A stretch of DNA of 64,000 bases. Source: an uncultured candidatus Porisulfidus sp. GTDB lineage: Bacteria > Pseudomonadota > Gammaproteobacteria > Poriferisulfidales > Poriferisulfidaceae. The notes below the pieces were generated by a model, which did not search any database, was not told the DNA's origin, and saw only the letters and a program-made list of their open reading frames with translations. The position numbers were made by a program, and so were the translations under genes. The stretch covers positions 256,001 through 320,000 of the forward strand of contig OZ241993.1 of the NCBI GenBank assembly GCA_965204575.1, read 5' to 3'. Shown in pieces: positions 17,118 to 27,151 of this stretch. Each line of letters opens with the position of its first letter. Position 1 is the first letter of the stretch.

Positions 17118-18125
17118 TCAGCCCTGGTCTGCGGGCGCAAGACAACTTTTGAACGATGCCGCCATGTTGCGGATCAAGTCGAAATACGCCTCGGGTCCGG
17201 CTTCGTCCGCAGCACCGAGAGGGTCGAGAAGACCCGTTCGTGCCGATGTCCCTGCAATGATCGTGTCGACGAGGCGCGATTCGAACTGGACTTCCGCGAA
17301 CACGCAGACCGCACCGAGTCCATGGACCTTGTCGCGGAGTTCCATGATGCGTCGGACGCCCGGTGACTGGTCCACACTGATGACGACCGAGCCGACCGCC
17401 CTCAGGCCAAAGCGCTCTTCGAAATGCCGGTAGGCATCGTGGAATACGACAAAGGGCCTGTCGCGGACCGATTCCATCTCTGCCGAAATTTCCGCGGTCA
17501 AGTCTTCCAGGCGCTGCGAGAGCGCTTCGGCATTGGCCGCGTAAGTCTCGGCACTGGCAGGGTCCGCCTCGGACAAGGTGCTGGCGATCATGCTCGCCAT
17601 TGCCTTGGCATTGACCGGGTCGAGCCATATATGCGGGTCGAAAGCACCATGCTCCTCATGGCCATGGGTTTCTTCCTCATCGGAGTGTTCCTCTCCCTCG
17701 TGATGTCCATGGTGTTCGTCGGCTCCGTGATCGTGGGCTTCAAAGGCCCCTCCTTCGCGGAGTGGCCGGTGAACGAGGCCCTTCGCTTCGGACAACATGA
17801 CGACGCGGGCATCGTGTGCAAGCGTGTCGACCGGACCGACCAGAGGACTCTCTATCAATTCGTCGACAAGGAAGACGACCCGGGCATTCTCGAGAACCAC
17901 TGAATCGGAAGGACGCAGGCTGAAGGTATGTGGCGAAACGGCACCCCGAATGATCAGGTGAGGCTCGCCCACGCCCGCCATTACACCGCTCACCAGCGAA
18001 TGCACCGGCTTGATCGAAGCGACGACTCGGTCCGCAACCCCGGTCATCGCCGTCCCAGGAAAGGCACAGACGAACAACACTGCCGCGGCAGAGATTTTCG
18101 AGCGGAAACTACTCCTCAGATCCAT
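17118..18125 (-). CDS. znuA: Zinc ABC transporter substrate-binding protein
   Basis: VVASIKPVHSLV, SPHTFSLRPS, His/Glu-rich loop, DPHIWLDP, VFHDAY. Confidence 0.9.
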   Translation of the reverse strand: MDLRSSFRSKISAAAVLFVCAFPGTAMTGVADRVVASIKPVHSLVSGVMAGVGEPHLIIRGAVSPHTFSLRPSDSVVLENARVVFLVDELIESPLVGPVDTLAHDARVVMLSEAKGLVHRPLREGGAFEAHDHGADEHHGHHEGEEHSDEEETHGHEEHGAFDPHIWLDPVNAKAMASMIASTLSEADPASAETYAANAEALSQRLEDLTAEISAEMESVRDRPFVVFHDAYRHFEERFGLRAVGSVVISVDQSPGVRRIMELRDKVHGLGAVCVFAEVQFESRLVDTIIAGTSARTGLLDPLGAADEAGPEAYFDLIRNMAASFKSCLAPADQG

Positions 18126-18201
18126 TCTTTTCTCCTTATCGAAAGCCTGATTTGGCCAAGCGGCAGACCGGATTCCGCCAAGATCGCCAGCAATATTAGA
18201 T

Positions 18202-18216
18202 TGTTATAATGTAACA
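18202..18216. promoter_or_regulatory. Zur box
   Basis: TGTTATAATGTAACA matches the proteobacterial Zur consensus TGTTATANTATAACA, upstream of znuA. Confidence 0.8.
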
Positions 18217-18289
18217 TATTGGTCGAAGAACATACCGGCCTCAGGCGGCACAACGCCTCGCTAAATCCACGCGTGGACGGGGTCGACTG

Positions 18290-19213
18290 CTAGCCGGAAA
18301 CCGCGGCAGGATTGTCGGTGCAATCCTCCAGTTCGATCTGCACGGTGACGTGACCGATGTTGAAACGTTCTTCCAGGCGGGCCCGAATGGCGACGATGGC
18401 CGAATCCGGGTTGGCGCCTCCGGCAATGCGCGCGTGCAGGGTCAGCAGCGAGTACTCCTGCGACAAGGACCAGGCGTGCACGTGATGAACATCCTCGACA
18501 GCCGGGATATGCGCAATCAGGTCCGGACCAATCTCTTGCACGTTCAACTGCTTGGGAACGCCCTCAAGTAGCACGTGTGCCGATTCCTTCAGCAGGAACC
18601 AGGCGCTGCGCAACACCAGCAGGCAGACCAGGATGGAAAGGATCGGATCGATCAGCATCCAGCCAGTCGTCATGATAACCAGTGCCGCACCGACCGCCGC
18701 AACCGAGCCGAGCATGTCGCTGACCACATGGAGCAGGGCGCCGCGGACATTCAGGTTGTCGCGGTTCGCTCCGCGAAACAGTGCAAACGCACCGACATTG
18801 ACGATCAGGCCGAGCCCCGCCACCGCGAGCATGGGGACGGCGAGCACTTCGGTTGGATTGATGAACCGGCCAACCGCCTCGGCAAAGATCCAGCCGACGA
18901 TGAACACCAGGCTGACGCCGTTGGCGAAGGCGGCGAGAACCGGAAAACGATGGTAGCCATAAGTCCGCATCCGATCCTCCGGGCGACGGCTCAGCCTGAA
19001 GGCGATCCAGGCAAACAGCAAAGACACCGTGTCGACCAGCATGTGGGCGGCATCGGCGAGCAACGCCAGAGAGCCTGAGATCACGCCGCCGGCGACCTCG
19101 GCGAACATGAAGCCCCCGATCAGCAAAAAAGCCCAAAAGACGCGGCGGGCATCATTGTCATGACTACTGTGGGCCTGCCTGTGCCCGCGTGCGTCATGAT
19201 TGCCAGACATCAT
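18290..19213 (-). CDS. Cation diffusion facilitator (ZitB/CzcD-like) zinc exporter
   Basis: SLALLADAAHMLVD, TYGYHR, NVRGALLHVVSD, VHHVHAW, HVTVQIE; start 19213 or 19210. Confidence 0.9.
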   Translation of the reverse strand: MMSGNHDARGHRQAHSSHDNDARRVFWAFLLIGGFMFAEVAGGVISGSLALLADAAHMLVDTVSLLFAWIAFRLSRRPEDRMRTYGYHRFPVLAAFANGVSLVFIVGWIFAEAVGRFINPTEVLAVPMLAVAGLGLIVNVGAFALFRGANRDNLNVRGALLHVVSDMLGSVAAVGAALVIMTTGWMLIDPILSILVCLLVLRSAWFLLKESAHVLLEGVPKQLNVQEIGPDLIAHIPAVEDVHHVHAWSLSQEYSLLTLHARIAGGANPDSAIVAIRARLEERFNIGHVTVQIELEDCTDNPAAVSG

Positions 19214-19455
19214 TGCTCCTCTTGAAACCCCCGCCAGGTAACTTAACAGACAAGCCGCCACCCCCCACCGCAGGCATGCCGAGGCGCTCCCCTATTCTTC
19301 GGGTGCCGGACATCGAATCGCGTGTCCGGGAAGACCGTATTTCACAAAAAATCCCGTAGCGGCAGTTCCCGAACGAGGACAGGACATCCTATGGGCGATA
19401 TATAATACGGGTCTGATTTTCGCCCATTGACCGAAACGCCCTCGAATCCAGACAC

Positions 19456-20283
19456 ATGTCGGAAGAAATCCGTCGGATGTTACCGAATTTAAAAGCCCTG
19501 CTGAATCCCCAGCGCCTCGTCGCAGTCGCGTTCCTGTTGCCTTTCGCGGGCGCCGCGCAGGCCGGCTGGGACACCCTCAACATGCCGGTCGGCGTCACCG
19601 AGGTCAGCCGAATCGTCTACGACCTGCACATGCTGATCTTCTGGATCTGCGTGGTCATCGGTATCATCGTGTTCGGCGCCATGTTCTATTCCATCCTGGT
19701 GCACCGGAAGTCCCGCGGATACACGGCCTCGACTTTCCACGAGAGCACGACCGTGGAAGTGATCTGGACGGTCATCCCCTTCATCATCCTGGTCGCCATG
19801 GCGGTCCCCGCCACGGCCACCCTGATCAAGATGGAAGACTCCGGCGAATCCGAGATGACGATCAAGATCACCGGCTACCAGTGGCTGTGGCGTTACGACT
19901 ACCTGGACCACGATTTCGGCTTCTACTCGTTCCTTTCGACTTCGCGCGACGCGATCCGCGACCGGGCGGAAAAGGGCGAACACTACCTGCTGGAAGTCGA
20001 CCGACCCCTGGTCATCCCGACCAACACGAAAATCCGTTTGCTGATTACCGCCAACGACGTGATCCATGCCTGGTGGGTGCCGGATCTCGCCCTCAAGCGG
20101 GACGCCATACCGGGCTTCATCAACGAACTGTGGACCCAGATCGATGATCCCGGCGTCTACCGGGGCCAATGCGCCGAACTATGCGGCCGCGACCACGGCT
20201 TTATGCCGATAGAGGTCCATGCCGTGCCGCCTGACGAATACCGCGCCTGGGTCGAGAAGCAGACCGCCGGCGCCGCCGAATAA
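19456..20283 (+). CDS. coxB: Cytochrome c oxidase subunit II
   Basis: DVIHAWW; CuA motif GQCAELCGRDHGFM. Confidence 0.95.
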   Translation: MSEEIRRMLPNLKALLNPQRLVAVAFLLPFAGAAQAGWDTLNMPVGVTEVSRIVYDLHMLIFWICVVIGIIVFGAMFYSILVHRKSRGYTASTFHESTTVEVIWTVIPFIILVAMAVPATATLIKMEDSGESEMTIKITGYQWLWRYDYLDHDFGFYSFLSTSRDAIRDRAEKGEHYLLEVDRPLVIPTNTKIRLLITANDVIHAWWVPDLALKRDAIPGFINELWTQIDDPGVYRGQCAELCGRDHGFMPIEVHAVPPDEYRAWVEKQTAGAAE

Positions 20284-20297
20284 CCTATGGAGCCGAC

Positions 20298-21875
20298 ATG
20301 AGCGAAACCGCCGCCGCGCACGACGACCATCACGATCATCACCCCAGCGGCCTGTGGCGCTGGGTCACCACGACCAATCACAAGGACATCGGCACGCTGT
20401 ACCTGTGGCTGGCCATGATCATGTTCTTCATCGGCGGCGCGATGGCGCTGGTGATCCGCACCGAACTGTTCTCGCCGGGCCTGCAGTTCGTCGATCCCCA
20501 GTTCTTCAACTCGATGACCACGCTGCACGCGCTGGTCATGATCTTCGGCGTGGTGATGCCCGCCTTCACGGGACTGGCCAACTGGCAGATCCCCCTGATG
20601 GTCGGTGCCACCGACATGGCCCTGCCGCGCCTCAACAACTGGAGCTTCTGGATCCTGCCGTTCGCATTCGCCATGCTGCTGTCGACCATGTTCATGGACG
20701 GCGGCGGCCCGGCCGGAGGCTGGACCCTGTATCCCCCGCTCACCCTGCAGACCGGCAATGCCCTGCCGTTCGTCATCTTCTCGATCCACTTCATGGGCAT
20801 GTCCTCCATCATGGGTGCGATCAACGTCATCGCCACCATCATCAACATGCGCGCGCCGGGCATGCACATGATGAAGATGCCCTTGTTCGTCTGGACCTGG
20901 TTGATCACCGCCTTCCTGCTGATCGCCGTGATGCCGGTGCTGGCGGGCGGCGTCACCATGCTGCTGACCGACAAGTTCTTCGGCACCAGTTTCTTCAACG
21001 CGGCCGGCGGCGGCGACCCGGTCATGTTCCAGCATATCTTCTGGTTCTTCGGCCATCCGGAGGTCTACATCCTGATCCTGCCTTCGTTCGGGGTGGTGTC
21101 CAGCATCCTGCCGACTTTCTCCCGCAAGCCGCTGTTCGGTTACAGCTCGATGGTCTACGCGACCGCTTCGATCGCCTTCCTGTCGTTCGTCGTATGGGCG
21201 CACCACATGTTCACGGTCGGCATGCCGCTGGCTGGCGAACTGTTCTTTATGTTCGCCACCATGCTGATCGCCGTGCCGACCGGCGTCAAGGTCTTCAACT
21301 GGGTCGCCACCATGTGGCGAGGTTCGATGACGTTCGAGACCCCGATGCTGTTCGCCATCGGCTTCATCATCATGTTCACCATCGGCGGGTTGTCCGGGTT
21401 GATGCTGGCGATCGTGCCGGCGGACTTCCAGTACCACGATTCCTATTTCGTGGTTGCACACTTCCACTACGTCCTGGTCCCCGGATCGATTTTCGCGATC
21501 ATGGCGGCGGTCTACTACTGGCTGCCCAAATGGACCGGAAACCACTACCCGGAACGCCTGGGCAAATGGCACTTCTGGCTGTCCACCATCTTCGTCAACC
21601 TGACTTTCTTCCCGATGCATTTCGTCGGCCTCGCCGGCATGCCGCGACGGATCCCCGACTATGCGCTTCAGTTCGCCGACTACAACATGCTGGCCTCGAT
21701 CGGCGCATTCGGCTTCGGCTTCGCGCAGTTGCTGTTCCTGTACATCGTGGTGGTGACGATCCGGGGAGGAGAGAAAGCCACGGACCAGGTCTGGGAAGGT
21801 GCGGAAGGGCTGGAGTGGACCCTGCCGTCCCCGCCCCCCTACCATAGCTTCACCACCCCGCCGGCGATTCGATGA
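20298..21875 (+). CDS. coxA: Cytochrome c oxidase subunit I
   Basis: TTNHKDIG, WFFGHPEVY, VWAHHM, VVAHFHY. Confidence 0.98.
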   Translation: MSETAAAHDDHHDHHPSGLWRWVTTTNHKDIGTLYLWLAMIMFFIGGAMALVIRTELFSPGLQFVDPQFFNSMTTLHALVMIFGVVMPAFTGLANWQIPLMVGATDMALPRLNNWSFWILPFAFAMLLSTMFMDGGGPAGGWTLYPPLTLQTGNALPFVIFSIHFMGMSSIMGAINVIATIINMRAPGMHMMKMPLFVWTWLITAFLLIAVMPVLAGGVTMLLTDKFFGTSFFNAAGGGDPVMFQHIFWFFGHPEVYILILPSFGVVSSILPTFSRKPLFGYSSMVYATASIAFLSFVVWAHHMFTVGMPLAGELFFMFATMLIAVPTGVKVFNWVATMWRGSMTFETPMLFAIGFIIMFTIGGLSGLMLAIVPADFQYHDSYFVVAHFHYVLVPGSIFAIMAAVYYWLPKWTGNHYPERLGKWHFWLSTIFVNLTFFPMHFVGLAGMPRRIPDYALQFADYNMLASIGAFGFGFAQLLFLYIVVVTIRGGEKATDQVWEGAEGLEWTLPSPPPYHSFTTPPAIR

Positions 21876-21988
21876 CCCAGCCCCGGACGCCCGAGCGCCG
21901 AGCCGCGATACGGACCGCCTGGATCGTAGCAATTGTCGCCATGACGATCTATGTCGGCTTCTACTTCCTGGTGGGAACCGCAGGATGA
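21872..21988 (+). CDS. Small single-TM cytochrome oxidase-associated protein (38 aa)
   Basis: MTQPRTPERRAAIRTAWIVAIVAMTIYVGFYFLVGTAG; ATGA overlaps at both ends. Confidence 0.7.
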   Translation: MTQPRTPERRAAIRTAWIVAIVAMTIYVGFYFLVGTAG

Positions 21989-22533
21989 AACGTCCGCCCC
22001 GTCGAACGGCGGTCCGGCTGGCAGCAGTCTGCGTGCTGATGCTGGGCTTCTCTTATGCACTGGTTCCGCTTTACGATGCCCTGTGCGACCTCACCGGACT
22101 GTCCGGGTCGACCAGCAACCTGACCCAGGCGACGCCCGCCACGCCTGAAGCCGAAACCGCTGCCGAACGCCAAGTCACCCTGCAGTTCGTTGCGAACGTC
22201 GATCACGCCATGCCTTGGGACATCCGCCCCGACCAGTTCGAGATGAAGGTTCGTCCCGGCCAGACCTACCAGACCGTATTCCATGCGTACAACCGCACCG
22301 CACAGCCCATGACCGGCCAGGCCGTCCCCAGCGTCGCCCCGCAAATGGCTGCCCCGCACCTGATCAAGCAGGAATGCTTCTGCTTCACCAGCCAGCCGCT
22401 CGATGCCGGAGAAAGCGTTGAAATGCCTTTGATTTTCAAGGTCAGCGAACGCCTGCCCGAAACTATCGGGACCCTGACCCTGTCGTACACCTTCTTTGAC
22501 GTCTCCCAAACTTCCGGGACCCAATCAGGCTGA
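21985..22533 (+). CDS. ctaG: Cytochrome c oxidase assembly protein CtaG/Cox11
   Basis: YALVPLYDALC, GQAVPSVAP, ECFCF, TLSYTFF. Confidence 0.93.
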   Translation: MKRPPRRTAVRLAAVCVLMLGFSYALVPLYDALCDLTGLSGSTSNLTQATPATPEAETAAERQVTLQFVANVDHAMPWDIRPDQFEMKVRPGQTYQTVFHAYNRTAQPMTGQAVPSVAPQMAAPHLIKQECFCFTSQPLDAGESVEMPLIFKVSERLPETIGTLTLSYTFFDVSQTSGTQSG

Positions 22534-22538
22534 TCCTC

Positions 22539-23408
22539 ATGTCGGACTCCACGCTCTACTACATTCCCGAACCCAGCCACTGGCCGATCGTCGGCTCCGT
22601 CGGCCTGTTCACCACCCTGGTCGGCGCCGCGCTGATGATGCTGGACTCGGCCATCGGCTCCTGGCTCCTGGCAGCCGGCCTCCTGGTCGTGGTGCTCATG
22701 ATGTTCGGCTGGTTCGGCACCGTGATCGGCGAGAGCGAGAGCGAAACCTACAACGCACAGGTCGACCTGTCGTTCCGCTGGGGAATGTTCTGGTTCATCT
22801 TCTCGGAGGTGATGTTTTTCGCCGCCTTCTTCGGCGCCCTCTACTACGCCCGCCAGTATTCGCTGCCGTGGCTCGGGGGCGAAGGTCCCGGCATCCTGAC
22901 CAACACCTACTTGTGGGAAGGCTACGAGGCGCTGTGGCCCTATACCGCGGACGGGCCGGGCAAGATCGGCGGCGGCTTCACCCATATGGCCGCCTGGGGC
23001 CTGCCTGCAATCAACACGCTGATTTTGCTGACCAGCGGCGGCACCGTCACCTGGGCGCACCACGCGCTGAAGGCCGGGCACCGGGGGCAGTTGATCGCCG
23101 GACTGTTCCTGACCGTGGCGCTGGGCTTCCTCTTCATCGCACTGCAGGCGATCGAGTATGCGCATGCCTTCACGGAACTCAACCTGACCCTGGGGTCGGG
23201 CATCTACGGCTCGACCTTCTTCATGCTGACCGGCTTCCACGGCCTGCATGTCACGATTGGAGCCATCATTCTGACCGTCGTGCTGTTCCGCTGCATTTCC
23301 GGGCACTTCACCCCGAACCGGCACTTCGCGTTCGAGGCGGCCGCCTGGTACTGGCACTTCGTTGACGTCGTCTGGCTCGGTCTGTTCGTCTTCGTCTACT
23401 GGCTGTAA
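22539..23408 (+). CDS. coxC: Cytochrome c oxidase subunit III
   Basis: WFIFSEVMFF, TGFHGLHV, AAWYWHFVDVVW. Confidence 0.97.
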   Translation: MSDSTLYYIPEPSHWPIVGSVGLFTTLVGAALMMLDSAIGSWLLAAGLLVVVLMMFGWFGTVIGESESETYNAQVDLSFRWGMFWFIFSEVMFFAAFFGALYYARQYSLPWLGGEGPGILTNTYLWEGYEALWPYTADGPGKIGGGFTHMAAWGLPAINTLILLTSGGTVTWAHHALKAGHRGQLIAGLFLTVALGFLFIALQAIEYAHAFTELNLTLGSGIYGSTFFMLTGFHGLHVTIGAIILTVVLFRCISGHFTPNRHFAFEAAAWYWHFVDVVWLGLFVFVYWL

Positions 23409-23417
23409 CGGAACGCA

Positions 23418-23627
23418 TCAAGGCCGGGGATGCAGTCCATGCGGCTCGATCCAACCCATCCAGCCTGCCAATAGCAACAGCAGAAACAGGCCAATCGACA
23501 GGCCGACCCGCCAGGTCAGCGCCCGCACGGTGCGGTGAGTCGTACCTCGGTCCCGTACCAGGAACACCAAGGCCGAGAACAGGCTTGCCAGGATCACCAG
23601 CAATAGAATGACCACCAGAAGCTTCAT
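23418..23627 (-). CDS. Twin-TM small protein (DUF2909-like)
   Basis: LFSALVFLVRD...VRALTWRVGLS; conserved position between coxC and SURF1. Confidence 0.85.
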   Translation of the reverse strand: MKLLVVILLLVILASLFSALVFLVRDRGTTHRTVRALTWRVGLSIGLFLLLLLAGWMGWIEPHGLHPRP

Positions 23628-23648
23628 CGTGGGCTCAACCTGATCCTC

Positions 23649-24371
23649 ATGCGTCGATTCCGTCCTTCACTCCTGCTCAGCTTCGCGACCGTCGCGCTGA
23701 CCGCCATTCTCCTCTCGCTGGGATTCTGGCAGCTCGAACGGGCCGAATCCCGTCGCACGCAGGACGAACTGAAGCAGGAGCGGGGACAATTGTCCCCCGT
23801 TTATATCACATCATTTCCCGGGGAATCCCTTGAGGAACTGGCCGACCGCCGGGTCCGTCTTCGCGGACAGTACCTGCCCTGGCAGTTCCTGCTCGACAAC
23901 CAGATCCACGACAAGCGGCCCGGCTATCACGTGCTCAGCCCCTTCGAACTGTCGACCTACGAGCAGGTCGTCCTGATCAACCGGGGCTGGGTTCCGGGAG
24001 AGGCGGACCGCTCCCGGCTGCCTTCCGTTCCAGTTCCCACCGAATCCGAAGTCCAGCTCGAGGGGGTCGTCTACCTCCCCCAACCCAATCCGTTCACCGA
24101 CTCGGACCACCTGCTGGAAGGCCACGGCTGGCCACAAGTGATTCAGGGCATTGATTACCCCCGCCTCGCCGGGCGCCTGTCCGAGCTTTCGCTCGTCCCC
24201 GCCACGGTCCGGCTTGCCGAGGACCAGCCGCACGGCTATACGCGAGCCTGGCCGAGCCCCCCGATGAGCGCGGAGAAACATACCGCGTATGCGGTCCAAT
24301 GGTTCGCCATGGCTGCAGCGGTGGTAATTTTGTTCCTTCTGTATTCCGTGCGACCGATTTTCCGAGACTGA
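23649..24371 (+). CDS. SURF1-family protein
   Basis: LGFWQLERA, LINRGWV, HTAYAVQWF. Confidence 0.92.
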   Translation: MRRFRPSLLLSFATVALTAILLSLGFWQLERAESRRTQDELKQERGQLSPVYITSFPGESLEELADRRVRLRGQYLPWQFLLDNQIHDKRPGYHVLSPFELSTYEQVVLINRGWVPGEADRSRLPSVPVPTESEVQLEGVVYLPQPNPFTDSDHLLEGHGWPQVIQGIDYPRLAGRLSELSLVPATVRLAEDQPHGYTRAWPSPPMSAEKHTAYAVQWFAMAAAVVILFLLYSVRPIFRD

Positions 24372-24958
24372 TGTTTCATCTTGGTTCGCACCCGGAAGCC
24401 AGGCGCCTGCTGCGCTCGCGCCTTTATCTGCTTGGGCTGGTGCTGGCGTTCGCCGGGCCGCTGCTCGCCTCGGTCATGCTGTACTACAACCCGCAATTGC
24501 GCGGGGATGTCGGTGGCGTCAGCCACGGCTCCCTGATCCTGCCCCCCCAACCGCTCGGGCGCGACTTGTTCCGGCGCCCCGACCAGCCTCCGCGCTGGAC
24601 CCTGCTCTACCATGCCCGCGCCGCGACCTGCAACCTCGACTGCGAAGCGACCTTGTTCATGATGCGGCAGGTCCATCAGTCCCTGGGCTCCAAACGCAAC
24701 CGGGCACAAATCCTGATTCTGCTCGAGCATGCGGAACTGCAGGCACCCTACGCTGAAGTATTGGAGCGCTTCAGGCCGGATCAGGTTCGGATCTCTCCAA
24801 AAAGCCCCGATATCGACGCACTGGACGACCAGCCCGGCGATGCCCTCTTTATCGTCGATCCCCTGGGGAACCTGCTGATGCATTACGACGGTCGGTCCAC
24901 CTCCCGGGGAATCCTGCGCGACTTGAAACGTCTCCTGACCGCCTCCCGGATCGGCTGA
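24371..24958 (+). CDS. Membrane-anchored thioredoxin/Sco-like cox-cluster protein
   Basis: N-terminal TM, CNLDC, FIVDPLGNLLMHY...DLKRLLTASRIG. Confidence 0.75.
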   Translation: MFHLGSHPEARRLLRSRLYLLGLVLAFAGPLLASVMLYYNPQLRGDVGGVSHGSLILPPQPLGRDLFRRPDQPPRWTLLYHARAATCNLDCEATLFMMRQVHQSLGSKRNRAQILILLEHAELQAPYAEVLERFRPDQVRISPKSPDIDALDDQPGDALFIVDPLGNLLMHYDGRSTSRGILRDLKRLLTASRIG

Positions 24959-24963
24959 CTCCC

Positions 24964-25965
24964 ATGTTGTTCCGTCGCCTTCTGTCATTGACCGTGGCAC
25001 TGACATTCCTGGTGGTGGTGATCGGCGCTTTCGTGAGACTGACCGACGCCGGGCTCGGCTGCCCGGACTGGCCGGGATGCTACGGGCACCTGACTTCCCT
25101 GCCGGAAACCGAACAGGAAATCGCGGCCGCACAAGCACAGGACCCACGCGGGACCTACGACGCCGGAAAGGCTTTCCGTGAAATGCTGCACCGATACCTG
25201 GCCGGCGCGCTCGGCCTGCTGATCCTGGTTCTGGCCGCACTGTGCCGAACCCGGCTGGGCAGCGCACGCCTTGCACGCGGCACGATGGCGCTGCTCGCGT
25301 TGGTGGTGCTGCAGGCCCTGCTCGGCATGTGGACCGTCACCCTGCAGTTGAAACCCCTGATCGTCACCCTGCACCTGCTGGGCGGTTTCGCCACCCTGGG
25401 CCTGATCTGGTGGCTGCTGCTGCGCTGCCACGACTGGCCCCGTCCGACGGCTTCGGATCCGCCACGTTCTCTACGCTGCCTGCATGTTGCCGCCTTGGTG
25501 GGACTCATCGTGCAGATCACCCTGGGCGGGTGGACCAGCGCCAACTACGCCGCCCTGGCCTGCCCCGACTTCCCCACCTGCCGGGAACAGTGGTGGCCTT
25601 CCGGCATGGATTTCTCCGAGGCTTTCGTGCTGTGGCGGGGGCTCGGCATCGACTATGAATACGGGGTCCTGGACAGCCCGGCGCGCACCGCCATCCATGT
25701 CGCCCATCGAATCGGCGCCGTCGTGGCCGCCGCCCTGATCCTGGCTTTAGCGGCCGCATCCATCCGAAGCGGGCTCGGTGCATGGCGCACAAGCGGCTGG
25801 GTGCTGATCGCGCTGCTGACCATCCAGGTCTCCCTCGGCATCGGCAACGTCGTCCTGCAGCTTCCCCTGGCCGTCGCCGTCGCGCACAATGCTTTCGCGG
25901 CCATCCTGCTGCTGGCGATTCTCACCCAGGGGCGACTTCTGCTCGATCGCGGAGCCAGCCCGTGA
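24964..25965 (+). CDS. ctaA: Heme A synthase
   Basis: GLGCPDWPGCYG, EMLHRY, ACPDFPTC. Confidence 0.92.
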   Translation: MLFRRLLSLTVALTFLVVVIGAFVRLTDAGLGCPDWPGCYGHLTSLPETEQEIAAAQAQDPRGTYDAGKAFREMLHRYLAGALGLLILVLAALCRTRLGSARLARGTMALLALVVLQALLGMWTVTLQLKPLIVTLHLLGGFATLGLIWWLLLRCHDWPRPTASDPPRSLRCLHVAALVGLIVQITLGGWTSANYAALACPDFPTCREQWWPSGMDFSEAFVLWRGLGIDYEYGVLDSPARTAIHVAHRIGAVVAAALILALAAASIRSGLGAWRTSGWVLIALLTIQVSLGIGNVVLQLPLAVAVAHNAFAAILLLAILTQGRLLLDRGASP

Positions 25966-26846
25966 ACCGGACTTCCTCCTGGCGCGATTACTGGGAGGTC
26001 ACCAAGCCGCGCGTGGTCGCGTTGATGACGTTCACCGCACTGATCGGCATGGTCCTGGCCGATCCCCTGATGCAAGTGCCCATGAAAATGCTGTACGGCG
26101 CGGTCGGCATCACCCTCATGGCGGCCGCGGCCGCGGCCATCAACCAGATCGCCGACCAGCACGTGGATGCCCAGATGGACCGTACGCAGGCCCGGCCCCT
26201 GCCTCGCGGTTCGCTGCGCACGCCTCAAGTACTCGGATTTGCATTCCTGCTCGGCGTGGGCGGGTTCCTGCTGCTGTACTTGCGGGTCAACGGGCTGACG
26301 GCCTGGCTGACGCTCGGCTCCCTGATCGGTTACGCGCTGATCTATACCCTCTACCTCAAGCGCGCGACGCCCCAGAACATCGTCATCGGCGGGGCTGCCG
26401 GCGCCACGCCTCCCCTGCTCGGCTGGGCCGCGGTCACCGGCCATATCGAAGCAGGGGCTCTGGCCCTGTTCCTGATCATCTTCGTGTGGACGCCACCCCA
26501 TTTCTGGGCGCTGGCCCTGCACCGCAAGGAAGACTACGCGAAAGCCGACATCCCGATGCTCCCGGTGACGCACGGCGACCGCTACACCCGGCTGCAGATC
26601 ACGCTGTATACCGTGCTGCTGACCGCAACGAGCATGTTGCCGTTCGTCATCCAGTTGTCCGGCCAGGTGTACCTGGCTGGCGCACTGATCCTGAACGGGG
26701 TTTTCCTGGCCTACGCGATCCGGATGCAGAAAGAGGCCAGCAACCGTCTCGCCATGCCGACCTTCACCTATTCGATTATCTACCTGATGGGACTGTTCAC
26801 ATTGCTGCTCGTGGACCGGTACCTGGGATTGTTCCAAACCACCTGA
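25962..26846 (+). CDS. cyoE: Protoheme IX farnesyltransferase (heme O synthase)
   Basis: TKPRVV, DAQMDRTQARPLP, LKRATPQNIVIGG, WTPPHFWALA; GTG start overlaps the ctaA stop. Confidence 0.96.
   Translation: MNRTSSWRDYWEVTKPRVVALMTFTALIGMVLADPLMQVPMKMLYGAVGITLMAAAAAAINQIADQHVDAQMDRTQARPLPRGSLRTPQVLGFAFLLGVGGFLLLYLRVNGLTAWLTLGSLIGYALIYTLYLKRATPQNIVIGGAAGATPPLLGWAAVTGHIEAGALALFLIIFVWTPPHFWALALHRKEDYAKADIPMLPVTHGDRYTRLQITLYTVLLTATSMLPFVIQLSGQVYLAGALILNGVFLAYAIRMQKEASNRLAMPTFTYSIIYLMGLFTLLLVDRYLGLFQTT
26729..26837 (+). repeat. cyoE 3' end, copy 1 of an imperfect direct repeat
   Basis: 97/109 identical to 31192-31300. Confidence 0.92.
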
Positions 26847-26881
26847 TGACTGCTTGAAGCGAAGTTTTATTAGTTCCATAA

Positions 26882-27026
26882 TCACTCCTCCGGTCTTGCC
26901 AAATCTCCCGCGGTGCGAGGCCCGGAAATCCGGAGCGGGTTGATCGCCCGAACCTCTCTACAAGCGTGATCACGCTGTAAATCTTCAGTGAGCAGCGTGC
27001 CGCACTCGCAAGTCCGTGCAGCGACA
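26882..27026 (-). pseudogene. C-terminal fragment of a PIN (VapC) toxin
   Basis: VAARTCECGTLLTEDLQRDHACREVRAINPL matches the PIN tail AA..C..LLTEDLQ....V.V.NPF. Confidence 0.65.
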
Positions 27027-27151
27027 AACACTGCGTGTGTGTTGCATTGCATAGGTTCTGCACAGGTTTGCGTGCGTAAGTTCATAAACATTACTGTGCT
27101 AGAATTTTCGGCACCCAGTTTCTTGCCGAAATCATTCGGAGGAATTCGATA

